64,000 nt of DNA from contig JAHCIT010000007.1 in assembly GCA_026129095.1 (NCBI GenBank), forward strand, positions 1 to 64,000, written 5' to 3'. Source of the stretch: Deltaproteobacteria bacterium. GTDB taxonomy: Bacteria > JAGRBM01 > JAHCIT01. Under the pieces are notes generated by a model. It was not told the origin of the DNA. It saw only the letters and a program-made list of their open reading frames with translations, and did no database searches. Made by a program: the position numbers and the translations under genes. Of this stretch, positions 38,973 through 49,504 are shown piece after piece; within the stretch, counting starts at the first letter, position 1; each line of letters starts with the position of its first letter.

Positions 38973-40622
38973 ATGTCCCAGTTCAACTTCGCCAACACCT
39001 GTGAAGCCGTCGCCGATGCCTTCCCGGAGCGGGATTTCATCCATTTCCGCGACCGGGTGGTCACTTATGGGGAGTTCCGCAGCCGCTCGCGGAAACTGGC
39101 CAACTATCTGCGTTCCAGGGGTCTCGGGAAGGTCCGCGAGCGCAAGGAACTCCAGCTCTGGGAGTCCGGGCAGGATCATGTCGGGCTCTATCTCTATAAC
39201 GGCAACGAATATCTCGAAGGAATGGTTGGTTCCTATATGGCCCGGTGTGCGCCATTCAACGTGAACTACCGTTATGTCGCGGACGAACTGGAATACCTGC
39301 TCAATGATTCACGGGCAAAGGCGCTCGTCTATCATGCCCGGTTTGCCCCGGTGCTCTCGCAGGTACTGCCGAAACTGCCAGACCTGAAGGTCCTTCTTCA
39401 GGTTCCTGATGACAGTGGCAACAAGCTCCTGTCGGGAGCCGTTGATTACGAAGAAGCGCTCGCCCTTGCACCGGACACAAAACCGGACTGCACTCCATCG
39501 CCGGATGACCTGTACATCCTCTACACGGGCGGCACGACCGGCATGCCCAAGGGCGTCATGTGGCGGCAGGAGGATATCTTCTTTGCCGCGATGGGTGGCA
39601 CGCTTCCCACCGGTCAGAGAATCGAGTCGATCGCCCAGATGGTCCAGCTTGCCAAGGGACTGGGCCCGATGCTCCGGGCCCTGCCAGCACCACCGTTCAT
39701 GCACGGCGCTTCCCACTGGGTCGCCTTCACGACCCTGCATGGCGGCGGGACCGTGGTCATTCAGGATAGCCCGGAGCGTTACGACCCAGACGAGATCCTT
39801 ACCCTGATCGAGCGGGAAAAGGTGACTGTGACGCTCATCATCGGCGATGCCTTTGCCGTGCCACTGGTCGAACAGATGGACAGGAAAGCCTACAACCTGA
39901 AAAGTCTCAAGATCATCGGCTCCGGCGGGGCTATTCTTTCGCCGAAGTGGAAGGCGGAACTGAAAGCCCGCTTCCCCGGCACCATGATCCGCGATGCAGT
40001 GGGATCTTCCGAAAGCGGAGCCCAGGGCATCGTGGTCGAATCGAAAAACCCCGAGGACGGAAACCGCTTCCAGCTCGATCCCCTGTCGGGCATCGCCAGC
40101 GAGGATCTGAGTCGCATCCTGACCCCCGCTGACCGGGAAACAGGCTGGATGGTACGCAGGGGTCTCATTCCGCTCGGCTATCTCAACGACGAAGCCAAGA
40201 CGAAAAAGACCTTCGTCACCATCAACAATGTCCGCTGGTCGGTGCCTGGCGACCATGCTGCCTATGAGCCGGATGGCACGGTACGCCTGTTCGGCCGCGG
40301 ATCCCAGTCGATCAATTCGGGCGGTGAAAAGATCTATCCCGAAGAGGTCGAAAAGGCCCTGAAATCCCATCCCGCTGTCTACGATGCCGTGGTGGTTGGA
40401 ACTCCACACCCCAAGTGGGTCGAGCAGGTGACCGCCGTTATTCAGCCTCGTGGCGACGGGCGCCCCTCTGTGGATGAGCTCAATACCCACTGCGCCAGCC
40501 AGCTTGCCAAATACAAGCTGCCCAAGGCCGTTGTTTACGTGAACGAAATGGTGAGAAGCCCCGCAGGGAAAGCTGACTACCGCTGGGCGAAAAAAACCGC
40601 CCTGGAAAAACTCGAGACCTGA
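38973..40622 (+). CDS. Acyl-CoA synthetase (FadD19-like)
   Basis: YTGGTTGMPKG, GSSESG, INSGGEKIYPEEVE, RSPAGK. Confidence 0.93.
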   Translation: MSQFNFANTCEAVADAFPERDFIHFRDRVVTYGEFRSRSRKLANYLRSRGLGKVRERKELQLWESGQDHVGLYLYNGNEYLEGMVGSYMARCAPFNVNYRYVADELEYLLNDSRAKALVYHARFAPVLSQVLPKLPDLKVLLQVPDDSGNKLLSGAVDYEEALALAPDTKPDCTPSPDDLYILYTGGTTGMPKGVMWRQEDIFFAAMGGTLPTGQRIESIAQMVQLAKGLGPMLRALPAPPFMHGASHWVAFTTLHGGGTVVIQDSPERYDPDEILTLIEREKVTVTLIIGDAFAVPLVEQMDRKAYNLKSLKIIGSGGAILSPKWKAELKARFPGTMIRDAVGSSESGAQGIVVESKNPEDGNRFQLDPLSGIASEDLSRILTPADRETGWMVRRGLIPLGYLNDEAKTKKTFVTINNVRWSVPGDHAAYEPDGTVRLFGRGSQSINSGGEKIYPEEVEKALKSHPAVYDAVVVGTPHPKWVEQVTAVIQPRGDGRPSVDELNTHCASQLAKYKLPKAVVYVNEMVRSPAGKADYRWAKKTALEKLET

Positions 40623-40631
40623 CTGGGCGGC

Positions 40632-43571
40632 CTACAGCTGGTCCATGTCGCCGGGAAGAGCACTTTCCGTCCGCACACCCGCCGGACGTACAAGGCCGGG
40701 GCCGAGTGCCTCGCCACCCTGCCCCCCGCTGTCCTCCAGCACGAACTTGAGCTGGTTCATGATCTTCGTGATCCGTTTCTGATCCCGTATCTTGTGTCCA
40801 AAGATGTCGGTGACATAGAAAGCGTCATCCACCCGCTCTTTCTTGGTGGTGATCTTGGCAAGGTGGATGGACAGCCCCAGATCGGTCATGGCCTGGGCAA
40901 CGGCATGCAGCAGCCCCAGCCGGTCGCCTGCCGTAATGTCGATGATCGTATGCTCACGGGATGAGTCATTGTCTATTTTTATCTTCACCGGAATCTGGAA
41001 CGGTATCGGGCTTGATCTCATCCCCTGCTGGCTCTGCGAAAGCATGCTGGCCACGCGCCTGCGGCCGGTGATGGCCTCATCTAGCATCGTTTCCAGCCTG
41101 TCCCAGCGTTTTGGATCACCCGCGTATTTTCCATACGGATCGCGCACCCAGAATACGTCGAATACGGTGCCATCCCGGCGGGTATTGATGTTTGCCGTGA
41201 GAATCGACAGCCCCGCTGCCGAGAACACGCCCGTCACTTTGGCAAACAATCCCTTGGCATCCAGCGTAAAGATGGCGACCTCAGTATATGGCGTGCCAGC
41301 GATCTCCTTGCGGTATAGCCAGAAACTCCGTTCGCGGAATGGCGCACCGGGATTTTCATCTCCGCGGGCACTTGCCCTTGTCTTGGCATCCAGCACGAAC
41401 TGGACATGCTCGGCGATCTGCTCGGTCCCGGTGGCAAAAAAATACCGGGTCGGAAAGAGCCCCAGTTCCGTTTCAACCTCCGGACCCGAAAACTGCTCAT
41501 GCAGAAGGTTGAGCACGGCGGATGACGTGCGGGCTATCTCGCGCTGCACGTCCGATTCGTCATACCGGCCCTTGTCGATGGCAACCGCCGTAATGTCGTG
41601 GAGACGTTTGGTGAGCTGGTGCTTCCACTCGGTCCACAGGTCTGGCCCGGTACCCCGGATATCACAAACCGTCAGCACATAGAGCATGTCGAGCATCTCG
41701 CGCCGCCCGCACATGGCGGCAAAAAGCGAAATCTGGTGCGGATCGTTGATATCCCGCTTGAGTGCCACATGCGGGTAATCCAGATGCTTGAGAACAAGCC
41801 ACTCGATATCATCCACGTCCTGAGGCGGCAGGCCCATGCGACTGCATGCCGCGCGGGCTTTCGCCGCCCCCTTCACGGCATGGTTTCCACCCATATTCTT
41901 GCCAATGTCGTGGAAAAACAGGCCCAGCGACAGGACATGAGGCCGCTCACAGGACTGGGCCAGTTCACACAGCTCAGGATAATCCTGCCGGTAATGACCA
42001 AGCGTGAAGTGGCGCAGATCCTTCATGCAGAACAGCGTGTGCACATCGGTCGTGTAGACATGATAGGCGTCATGCTGGACGTGACAGGCGATAGTTCGCC
42101 ACTCGGGCAACACGCGGCTTAGCAGCCGCAACATGTGCATGTCCTTCAGGATGCCGTGAAGCCGGGTTTGTCCGGTAAACAGGTCGCGGAAGGCATACTG
42201 CGCCGCCTGGTTCATCGAAAGGTCCGCTCCGCCGGTCAGCGAGTTGAGATAGATCATCTCTTTCGCCACTCGGGAAACGTCCTTGTTCAGCAGCTGCGAG
42301 TGCCGGAAAATCTCGATCATTGCCTCCGGCCTGCGTTCGAGCACATCACGGCTGGTAAAGGATAGCTCTCCGTTCACCAGATGGATGCCATCAGCAATAT
42401 CCTTTGGCCGGCTCAGCTTGGCCTTGAGACGGGAGCGTATGGTGGGGGTACGGCCATATTCGGCAATCCGTTCCACCGTTCGACTGACAACGTCGTTCAC
42501 CGTGTTTGCCATGAGGTAGAAGCGGCGCATGAACCGTTCCACCCCCCGCCGTCCGTCCTTGTCCGAAAAACCGAAATACCGGGCGACGCCTTCCTGGAGT
42601 TCAAAACCGAGACGGTCGGATTTCCCGGAACCACTTAGGTAGTGAAGTTCGTTACGTGTCCGGAGCATGAAATCATAGGCACGCTGAAGCTGGACCAGTT
42701 CTGTCTGGTTGAGAAAACCGCGCCCGGCCAGTTCTTTCAGGGTATGGGTTCCAAACTTCACAAAGCTGAGCCACGAAAGCACCTGAATGTCCCGCAGCCC
42801 GCCCCGGCCCTCCTTCACATTGGGCTCCAGCAGGAATACCGAATCTCCGAACTTCTCATGCCGCTGCCGCATCAGATCAATCTGGCGCTCCACGAACTTG
42901 TCAGGTGCCTCACGAAGGACTTTCTGCAGGATTCTGCTTTCATACTGCCGGTAACAATTCGGATCGCCTTCCAGAAACCGCGACGCACACAATGCCGTCC
43001 GCACTGTCTCATCGGATCGGACCATCTCTTCGCACTCGGTAATCCGCCGGACCGAGTAACCGACCTCGAACTTCAGATCCCACAGCCAGAAGACGATCTT
43101 TTCGACCAGTTTTGCCAGGGGGCCGCTATCCTTGTCGGTACCGACAAACTGGATATCAATATCGGAAAGCGGGCTCCGTTCGTTGCGGCCATAACCACCA
43201 ATCGCCATCAGGCACCATGACAGGGGGGGCTCCGTAACGGTTTTTCTCGCCTCGGTCACCAGAAAACCCAGCAACTGGTCGATGGTTTCCGCGTGGAGAC
43301 GGGTGACAAAGCGGCCCGAGGCACCTTCATCATGTGCCTTGCGAATCAGCATCCGGCTTTCCTGCAGAAACCGGCTCACGACCGGAACCGGTCCGCCGCC
43401 ATTCAGCTCACCCGTCTCGATGGAAGGCAATGCGACCTGCGGATCAGAGGCCGACCGCTCGGGATCATCCTGATCGAGATCCCGCCAATCGATCGGAAGG
43501 CCAACTGCGGTATCTACCGGCAGATCGGCCTGCACCGCTCCGGAACCACTGATTTCTGTTTTTTCTTTCAT
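40632..43571 (-). CDS. glnD: [Protein-PII] uridylyltransferase/uridylyl-removing enzyme
   Basis: AIGGYGR..SDID, EPNVKEGRGGLRD, YHVYTTDVH..HDIGK, two ACT domains; start approximate. Confidence 0.93.
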   Translation of the reverse strand: MKEKTEISGSGAVQADLPVDTAVGLPIDWRDLDQDDPERSASDPQVALPSIETGELNGGGPVPVVSRFLQESRMLIRKAHDEGASGRFVTRLHAETIDQLLGFLVTEARKTVTEPPLSWCLMAIGGYGRNERSPLSDIDIQFVGTDKDSGPLAKLVEKIVFWLWDLKFEVGYSVRRITECEEMVRSDETVRTALCASRFLEGDPNCYRQYESRILQKVLREAPDKFVERQIDLMRQRHEKFGDSVFLLEPNVKEGRGGLRDIQVLSWLSFVKFGTHTLKELAGRGFLNQTELVQLQRAYDFMLRTRNELHYLSGSGKSDRLGFELQEGVARYFGFSDKDGRRGVERFMRRFYLMANTVNDVVSRTVERIAEYGRTPTIRSRLKAKLSRPKDIADGIHLVNGELSFTSRDVLERRPEAMIEIFRHSQLLNKDVSRVAKEMIYLNSLTGGADLSMNQAAQYAFRDLFTGQTRLHGILKDMHMLRLLSRVLPEWRTIACHVQHDAYHVYTTDVHTLFCMKDLRHFTLGHYRQDYPELCELAQSCERPHVLSLGLFFHDIGKNMGGNHAVKGAAKARAACSRMGLPPQDVDDIEWLVLKHLDYPHVALKRDINDPHQISLFAAMCGRREMLDMLYVLTVCDIRGTGPDLWTEWKHQLTKRLHDITAVAIDKGRYDESDVQREIARTSSAVLNLLHEQFSGPEVETELGLFPTRYFFATGTEQIAEHVQFVLDAKTRASARGDENPGAPFRERSFWLYRKEIAGTPYTEVAIFTLDAKGLFAKVTGVFSAAGLSILTANINTRRDGTVFDVFWVRDPYGKYAGDPKRWDRLETMLDEAITGRRRVASMLSQSQQGMRSSPIPFQIPVKIKIDNDSSREHTIIDITAGDRLGLLHAVAQAMTDLGLSIHLAKITTKKERVDDAFYVTDIFGHKIRDQKRITKIMNQLKFVLEDSGGQGGEALGPGLVRPAGVRTESALPGDMDQL

Positions 43572-43687
43572 TTCCTTAATGCTGGTGACCCATCTGGTCG
43601 AACCCAGTGTGGTACCGGCAAGGCTCGGCTGTCCATGAGCCGGAAAACCCTGTCCTGACCATTCAAACATTCTACACTGTTCATTCA

Positions 43688-44980
43688 ATGGCATCGGACC
43701 GGCGACAAATCCTGAAGCTGCTGGGGTTCTCCAGCGCGGCATTTGCCTTCCGGAATGGACTCTGGACACCACAGGTCCATGCCCAAACACCCTCGGCAAC
43801 CGGGAAATCTGGCGGCCCACCCCGCCCAGTTTCGGTGGAAAAGCTGACCTATACCCAGTCGGCCGGGTATTCACGAATCGTCATCGAGTGCAGTGGCGAG
43901 GCGGAGCTTGCCATGCAGGAACTCCCCGCCGACCCTGAACACCAGAAGTCCGACCGTGTGCTCGTGGATATCAAGCCCGCCAGACGCGGGAAGGCCCTTC
44001 CCGCCGAATTCAAGATCGAAAATGGCATCCTGCTGGGAGTCCGGACCGGTCAGTTCGACCGTGATACCGTCAGGGTTGTGCTCGACTTCCGGACACTGAA
44101 CAGGGTCGGCATGACCAGGATGTTTGATCCGTTCCGCGTGGTGCTCGATATCGACGGCCGCAACATGGAGGATTTGCTCGCTGGCCCCGCCAGTCACGAA
44201 CCACCGGCCGACATGGACGGCGAGGGCCTCTCGGCCCTTCTGGGTGGAAGCGGAAAGGCCATCTCTCCCGCAGCAACCGGGAGCGCCCGCCCTCCCCGGA
44301 TCATCCTGGATCCCGGTCACGGAGGGAAGGATCCCGGTGCAGTCGGGCCCGCAGGACTCCAGGAAAAGGAAGTCGCTTTGCGTGTGGCTGACGAGACGGG
44401 CGAGCTGCTCACCCGTGCCGGGTACCGCATCAACCTGACACGCGAGAATGACCGGTTCCTGGAACTCACCGAGCGCACCGCATTCGCCAACAAGCAGGGT
44501 GGGGACCTGTTCGTTTCCATTCACTGCAATGCCGCCAAGAACCGCGAGGCCCGGGGTATCGAGACCTACTACCTGAATCCCAAGGTGGACAAGTCCCGGG
44601 CGCTTCTCATCGCCAAGGAAAACTTCACCAGCCTTGATGCCGTGCAACGGACCGGGAACAGTTTCGCCGATGCCATTCTCTCCGACCTCGCCTTCAGCAT
44701 GAAGGAAGGTGAGTCCAGGTCGCTATCGGAGCAACTGCTCGAAACGCTATGGGACAAGGCATCAGGGTTCCCCGGGACACAGAACCGCGGTCTTGGACAC
44801 GGGCCGCTATATGTTCTGATCGGCGCACGGATGCCGTCATCACTTGTGGAGCTGTCGTTTATCTCGAACCCGGCCGAGGAAAAACTGCTCCGCAGCACGA
44901 CTTACCAGAAGGCACTCGCCGAAGGGCTCGCCAGCGGGATCAGAGGATATATGGATGCAAACCCGGTAAAGGGCGGCTGA
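43688..44980 (+). CDS. N-acetylmuramoyl-L-alanine amidase (AMIN + Amidase_3, Tat signal)
   Basis: DRRQIL, LDPGHGGKDPG, EK, FVSIHCNA, LVELSFISN. Confidence 0.93.
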   Translation: MASDRRQILKLLGFSSAAFAFRNGLWTPQVHAQTPSATGKSGGPPRPVSVEKLTYTQSAGYSRIVIECSGEAELAMQELPADPEHQKSDRVLVDIKPARRGKALPAEFKIENGILLGVRTGQFDRDTVRVVLDFRTLNRVGMTRMFDPFRVVLDIDGRNMEDLLAGPASHEPPADMDGEGLSALLGGSGKAISPAATGSARPPRIILDPGHGGKDPGAVGPAGLQEKEVALRVADETGELLTRAGYRINLTRENDRFLELTERTAFANKQGGDLFVSIHCNAAKNREARGIETYYLNPKVDKSRALLIAKENFTSLDAVQRTGNSFADAILSDLAFSMKEGESRSLSEQLLETLWDKASGFPGTQNRGLGHGPLYVLIGARMPSSLVELSFISNPAEEKLLRSTTYQKALAEGLASGIRGYMDANPVKGG

Positions 44981-44983
44981 AAC

Positions 44984-45547
44984 CTACGCCCGGTCCAGGT
45001 ATGTCCCCTCGCGGGAGTCCACGGTAATCACGTCATCCACATTGATGAACTGCGGCACCTGGACAACGAGGCCGGTTTCCAGCTTGGCCGGCTTCTTGGA
45101 TGCCGAGACAGTGGCGCCTTTCAGCGGCGGGTCAGTTTCGATCACCTTGAGGTTCACCTTGTTGGGGGCACTGACCTGGATCGCCTTGCCCTCGTGAAGG
45201 GCCACCTGGACCTTGATGCCCGGAAGGAGGTAGTTCACCACATCACCCAGGGTTTCCTTGTCGAAGGAGAACTGCTCGTAGTTCTCCGAGTTCATGAAGT
45301 GGTATTCGCCCTGATCTTCGTAAAGGAACTCCGCTTCGATACGGTCAAGAAAAACCTGCTCCATCCGCTCATCGGGACGGAACCGCTGTTCAAAGGAGTT
45401 GCCATTCACGACGTTGCGAAGGCGGGTCTGGATCATCCCGCGCAGGTTGCCGGGAGTGTGGTGGTGGGTCTTCATCACCAGGCACAGGTTCCCCTCAACC
45501 GTGACCAGCATTCCGGGTCTCAGATCGATCGCTGCGATTACCGACAT
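44984..45547 (-). CDS. efp: Elongation factor P (PGN loop variant)
   Basis: DLRPGM, HTPGNLRG, KPAKLETGLVVQVPQFI, YLDR. Confidence 0.93.
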   Translation of the reverse strand: MSVIAAIDLRPGMLVTVEGNLCLVMKTHHHTPGNLRGMIQTRLRNVVNGNSFEQRFRPDERMEQVFLDRIEAEFLYEDQGEYHFMNSENYEQFSFDKETLGDVVNYLLPGIKVQVALHEGKAIQVSAPNKVNLKVIETDPPLKGATVSASKKPAKLETGLVVQVPQFINVDDVITVDSREGTYLDRA

Positions 45548-45656
45548 TGCTCTTTTCTCTCCGCTCCGGATAATTATCCGGCCTGGTAAAACCGGCGGTG
45601 CCCTTAGCCCCCGGCGGCGGGGGGCGTCAACCCCCGCTGGAAGGAGCCGTACGCGC

Positions 45657-47189
45657 ATGCTTCTCAGCGAACTTCCCAGGCGCAGTGCCAGGCTGGAGCC
45701 CAACATCGCAGCCGGGCTGGACCGGGGCCGGCAGATCACGAACCGTCAGTGGCGGGAACGGATGCTCGTCCAGGCCGCATGGCTGCGGGCGCATGGGTCA
45801 GGGCCGGGGAAGCGGGTCGCGGTTCTCTCCTACAACCGTATCGAGATGCTGGATCTCTACTTTTCGATCCCGGCCATCGGCGCAGTTATCGTTCCAGTGA
45901 ACTACCGGCTCAAGGCGTATGAACTGGAATACCAGTTCTCCGATGCCGAAGTGGACATCCTGTTCGTCGAGAAAGCACTGTGGCCCGAGGCAAAGACCGC
46001 TCTATTAAAGATCCCGCGCAAGGTGACTGTGATTGGACTCGATTTCAGCGGAGATGGCGTGCTGCCATATGAGAATACGGTTTCCGGACCACCGCTCACC
46101 GATCTGCCCGTATTCAGCGAGCATGAGACAGCACTCCAGGCATATACCTCCGGGACTACCGGGAGGCCCAAAGGTGTGTTGCTTACCCACCGGAACATGC
46201 TGGCCAACTCATGGACCGGATGCATCGAAAAACGCATCTATCCCGGCGAAAAACTCCTGCACTCGGCGCCACTCTTTCATCTGGCCGCCATTTCGTCATT
46301 CTATTCGACTGCACTTATCGGCGGAACCCATGTCTTTCTGCCTGCGTTCGATCCCAAAGCCGTCGTTGACACCATCGAGAAAGAGCGCATCACCTTCTGC
46401 CTGTTTGTTCCAACAATGATCAACATGCTCCTGGAAATGCCGGGCATCGAGAAGCGCGATTTTTCGAGCCTCAAGATCATCAGCTACGGAGGATCCAGCA
46501 TCCCGGTGGACAGGCTCCGCAAGGCGATCGAGGTGTTTGGTTGCGGCTTCGTGCAGGGCTACGGGCAAACCGAGGCTGCCCCGATCCTGACCACGCTCCG
46601 CCCCGAGGAGCATGTTCTGGATGGCCCGCTGTCGAAACGGCTGGCTTCTGCCGGCCGCGAGGCGGTGGGCTGCGAGGTCCGTGTGGTGCGGCCCGACGGA
46701 TCAGATGTCACTCCCGGTGGTGAAGTGGGCGAAGTCGTCGGCCGCGGCGACAACATCATGAAAGGATACTGGAAGCAGCCGGAGGCGACTGCCGAAACGC
46801 TCCGTGGCGGCTGGCTCCACACGGGCGATCTCGGCTGGATCGACGAGGACGGATACATTTACATCGTTGACCGCCTGAAGGACATGATCATCTCGGGGGG
46901 AGAAAATATCTACCCTCGGGAGATCGAGGAACTGCTCTACACTCATCCGAAGATACTGGAAGCCGCGGTCTATGGAATCCCCGACCCCAAGTGGGGCGAA
47001 AAAGTCATCGCTGCCGTTGTCCCGCGAGCGGGACAGTCCCTGACACCGGAAGAAGTCGGCAGTTTTTGCAAGGACAACCTCGCCAGCTACAAGAAACCCC
47101 GCGAGGTGCTGATCACTGATATCCTGCCACGCAATGCCGCTGGCAAAGTGCTCAAGACGGAACTTCGGGCCCGGCATGGCGGTGGCTGA
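45657..47189 (+). CDS. Long-chain fatty acid-CoA ligase
   Basis: YTSGTTGRPKG, GYGQTE, WLHTGD, PRNAAGK. Confidence 0.93.
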   Translation: MLLSELPRRSARLEPNIAAGLDRGRQITNRQWRERMLVQAAWLRAHGSGPGKRVAVLSYNRIEMLDLYFSIPAIGAVIVPVNYRLKAYELEYQFSDAEVDILFVEKALWPEAKTALLKIPRKVTVIGLDFSGDGVLPYENTVSGPPLTDLPVFSEHETALQAYTSGTTGRPKGVLLTHRNMLANSWTGCIEKRIYPGEKLLHSAPLFHLAAISSFYSTALIGGTHVFLPAFDPKAVVDTIEKERITFCLFVPTMINMLLEMPGIEKRDFSSLKIISYGGSSIPVDRLRKAIEVFGCGFVQGYGQTEAAPILTTLRPEEHVLDGPLSKRLASAGREAVGCEVRVVRPDGSDVTPGGEVGEVVGRGDNIMKGYWKQPEATAETLRGGWLHTGDLGWIDEDGYIYIVDRLKDMIISGGENIYPREIEELLYTHPKILEAAVYGIPDPKWGEKVIAAVVPRAGQSLTPEEVGSFCKDNLASYKKPREVLITDILPRNAAGKVLKTELRARHGGG

Positions 47190-47308
47190 CGGCGGGTTGC
47201 CGGTATTCCCTTGCCCCGGCCATCCGGTCCCGATAGTGTACGCCCTCAAGCTATCACTGCCTGCCGCCGTACCAGACGACTGGCAGGAGGCTGAAAGGAA
47301 ATCACCCC

Positions 47309-47590
47309 ATGGCGCGCTTTGACGATCTCCTCAACGGTTTCATGGGACAGGGTGCGGACACCGGAGCCCCCGGCACTGACGCAGGAACGCTTGGAGACCT
47401 GTGGGAACGGATCCGGAGACTGACTCCGGCCAAGGCCATGCTGGCCGCCCCTCTTTTGTTTGCGACTGCCGGCATTGCCGTCCTGGGCCTGCTCGCTGCG
47501 GCGATTTTCGGTGCAGCCGCACTTGTTCTCCTGGAAACGCTGCTTGGGAACAGCCCGGCTCCGGGCCCGGCAGCCCAAACCGTTCACTAA
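47309..47590 (+). CDS. Small membrane protein
   Basis: AAGGA RBS; long hydrophobic segment. Confidence 0.6.
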   Translation: MARFDDLLNGFMGQGADTGAPGTDAGTLGDLWERIRRLTPAKAMLAAPLLFATAGIAVLGLLAAAIFGAAALVLLETLLGNSPAPGPAAQTVH

Positions 47591-47613
47591 GCTTCTGAAA
47601 TAACAGTCAGCCA

Positions 47614-48276
47614 TTGACCTTTGCCTCCCCTTATCCCGGCCTCCAGCCGGACCTGATTGCCCGGCATATCCCGTTTGCCGGGAACGAGCCTGTGCTTGTG
47701 CTGGAGCTGTGCAATACCACGCCGCTCTGGGCGCCAATGATTTCCACGCTTCAACCAGAAGCACGGTTCGTGATTTTCACCCGGCAACCGGAAGCAGAAA
47801 CCTCGGCTCGCGCATCCGCAGACAGTATTGCCGGGAAAACCCGGTTCCTTCGTGCTGACTGGTACACCGGAAGCTGGGAAACGCGGCTCCCGCCGGAATC
47901 TTTTCACGCCATCTGGGTTCCATTCGTGACAACCGGTGCGGCCGTCGCAGCACAGGAGCGTCTGATTGGCCGCCTTGCGTCCAAACTGCGGCCCGGTGGT
48001 GTTCTGCTCTGGGGTGCAGAACTCCGTGCCGCCACACCGGAGCTGGAGAGCGATTACGAGCGGCGGCTGCATGAGTGGCGGCAGGTGCATATGAATATGC
48101 CGGCGGATCACGATCCAGCCGCCAAGGGAACTGGCGAACATCTGGCCGGGAGCGAGGTCTTCCGTCCCCGCTGGGAGCAACTCCGCCATTGGATCGAGCA
48201 GACAGGACTCTCGAATGTCGAACTGCTCTGGAAACAGGAACTGGCTGCCGTCGTCACGGGCATGAAAAGGGTATAA
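47614..48276 (+). CDS. Hypothetical protein, degenerate class I methyltransferase-like fold
   Basis: VLELC, LRPGGVL, GLSNVELLWK; Gly-rich SAM motif missing; start uncertain. Confidence 0.5.
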   Translation: MTFASPYPGLQPDLIARHIPFAGNEPVLVLELCNTTPLWAPMISTLQPEARFVIFTRQPEAETSARASADSIAGKTRFLRADWYTGSWETRLPPESFHAIWVPFVTTGAAVAAQERLIGRLASKLRPGGVLLWGAELRAATPELESDYERRLHEWRQVHMNMPADHDPAAKGTGEHLAGSEVFRPRWEQLRHWIEQTGLSNVELLWKQELAAVVTGMKRV

Positions 48277-48286
48277 GGCCAAGGGC

Positions 48287-49447
48287 ATGACACGGATCGA
48301 GCGGTTGTATGCGGCGGTTGGACTCGCCTGGCTTCTGGTAGCAGCGCTGCTGGGCTTTGCCATTGCACTGTTCGGTCCTGAACTGATCCCTTATCCCGTT
48401 CTCAAGTTCCATATTCATGCAGCCGTGCTCGGCGGAATCCTTCACCTCTGGTTTGCGCTCCTGTCCGAACGGATGGGGGGGCTGTTTCCGGGCCATGGAG
48501 CCGGCTTTACGCTGCTGGTGCTGACACATGGGGCGATTGGCGCATTCACAGCGGGCCTTGTGTGGAAAACGGCCCTCCTTGCACTGGCGGCCATCCTGAT
48601 AATGGCTGCACTCCTTGCTGTTCTTCTGCTCTCATGGCGGGCTTTCCTGAAGCACGGCGGATTCCGGCCTGAAAACGGTGGTCTGCGTCCCCATGCCGGA
48701 GCCCTGCTGCTCGCCACCGGTGCGATTGCCGCATTTTCGGGCGCCGCCTGGATGGGCTGGCGCATGTCGCAGGAAGGTTTCCTGTTTCCGCTCAAAACCG
48801 CCCATACGATGCTCGGGGTATTCGGTGGCCTTGTCATGGCCGCCCTCTCTATTGACCATCTCCCCTCTCCCGGCGATCCGCCCCATGTATGGGGATGGCA
48901 ACCGGTGACAGAACTGGTAATGACCGGTCTTGCCGCCGCCAGTGCCGCCGTGCTTGGCCTCTACGGACAGGCTGGCCGGATGGATATTCCGTTCCTGATG
49001 CTCGGCGGGGTGGCAGTGCTTCATTTCGTATCGCTGCTTCCGCGCAAATCGAGCGAACAGATCACCGCCTGGGCGATCAGCATACTTCTGCTGACCGGAG
49101 TCATCCTGCTCCACCGCTTCCACGACGGCGGCGGCGAGGATGTCCGCCGCGCAGCCCACCATGCGATCGTGACCGGCTTTGTGCTTCCACTGCTTCTGGG
49201 ACACGCTTTTGGCGCTGCAGGAGCATTCGGCCCATCAGCCGTGGCATCCATCCGGCTTGTCACGGGCGGTGCGGGACTCCTCGTCATCGGATTTATTGTG
49301 CGTTCCGCCGGTCTGGCTGGAGCCGAGACCCTGCTCATGGCAGCCGGTTTTGTCACCGCCGCTTCGGTTGCCTTTGGCGCCAAGGTATTTTTCGAGGCCC
49401 CCGGAGATTCCGCGGAGCATGATCTTCCGGCCAGCCGGGGAGCCTGA
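48287..49447 (+). CDS. Polytopic membrane protein of unknown function
   Basis: Roughly 11-12 hydrophobic segments, several intramembrane His (HIH, AHT, AHH). Confidence 0.65.
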   Translation: MTRIERLYAAVGLAWLLVAALLGFAIALFGPELIPYPVLKFHIHAAVLGGILHLWFALLSERMGGLFPGHGAGFTLLVLTHGAIGAFTAGLVWKTALLALAAILIMAALLAVLLLSWRAFLKHGGFRPENGGLRPHAGALLLATGAIAAFSGAAWMGWRMSQEGFLFPLKTAHTMLGVFGGLVMAALSIDHLPSPGDPPHVWGWQPVTELVMTGLAAASAAVLGLYGQAGRMDIPFLMLGGVAVLHFVSLLPRKSSEQITAWAISILLLTGVILLHRFHDGGGEDVRRAAHHAIVTGFVLPLLLGHAFGAAGAFGPSAVASIRLVTGGAGLLVIGFIVRSAGLAGAETLLMAAGFVTAASVAFGAKVFFEAPGDSAEHDLPASRGA

Positions 49448-49504
49448 TATGGCTGGTTCCGGCACCTGCGGACCGCTAGACTTTGCCGGCGGAAAGGTTC
49501 GCCC

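Noticed and set aside
43572-43874. Extended N-terminus of the 1080-aa glnD ORF
   Set aside because: It overlaps the divergent amidase start and is motif-free; a downstream ATG is more plausible
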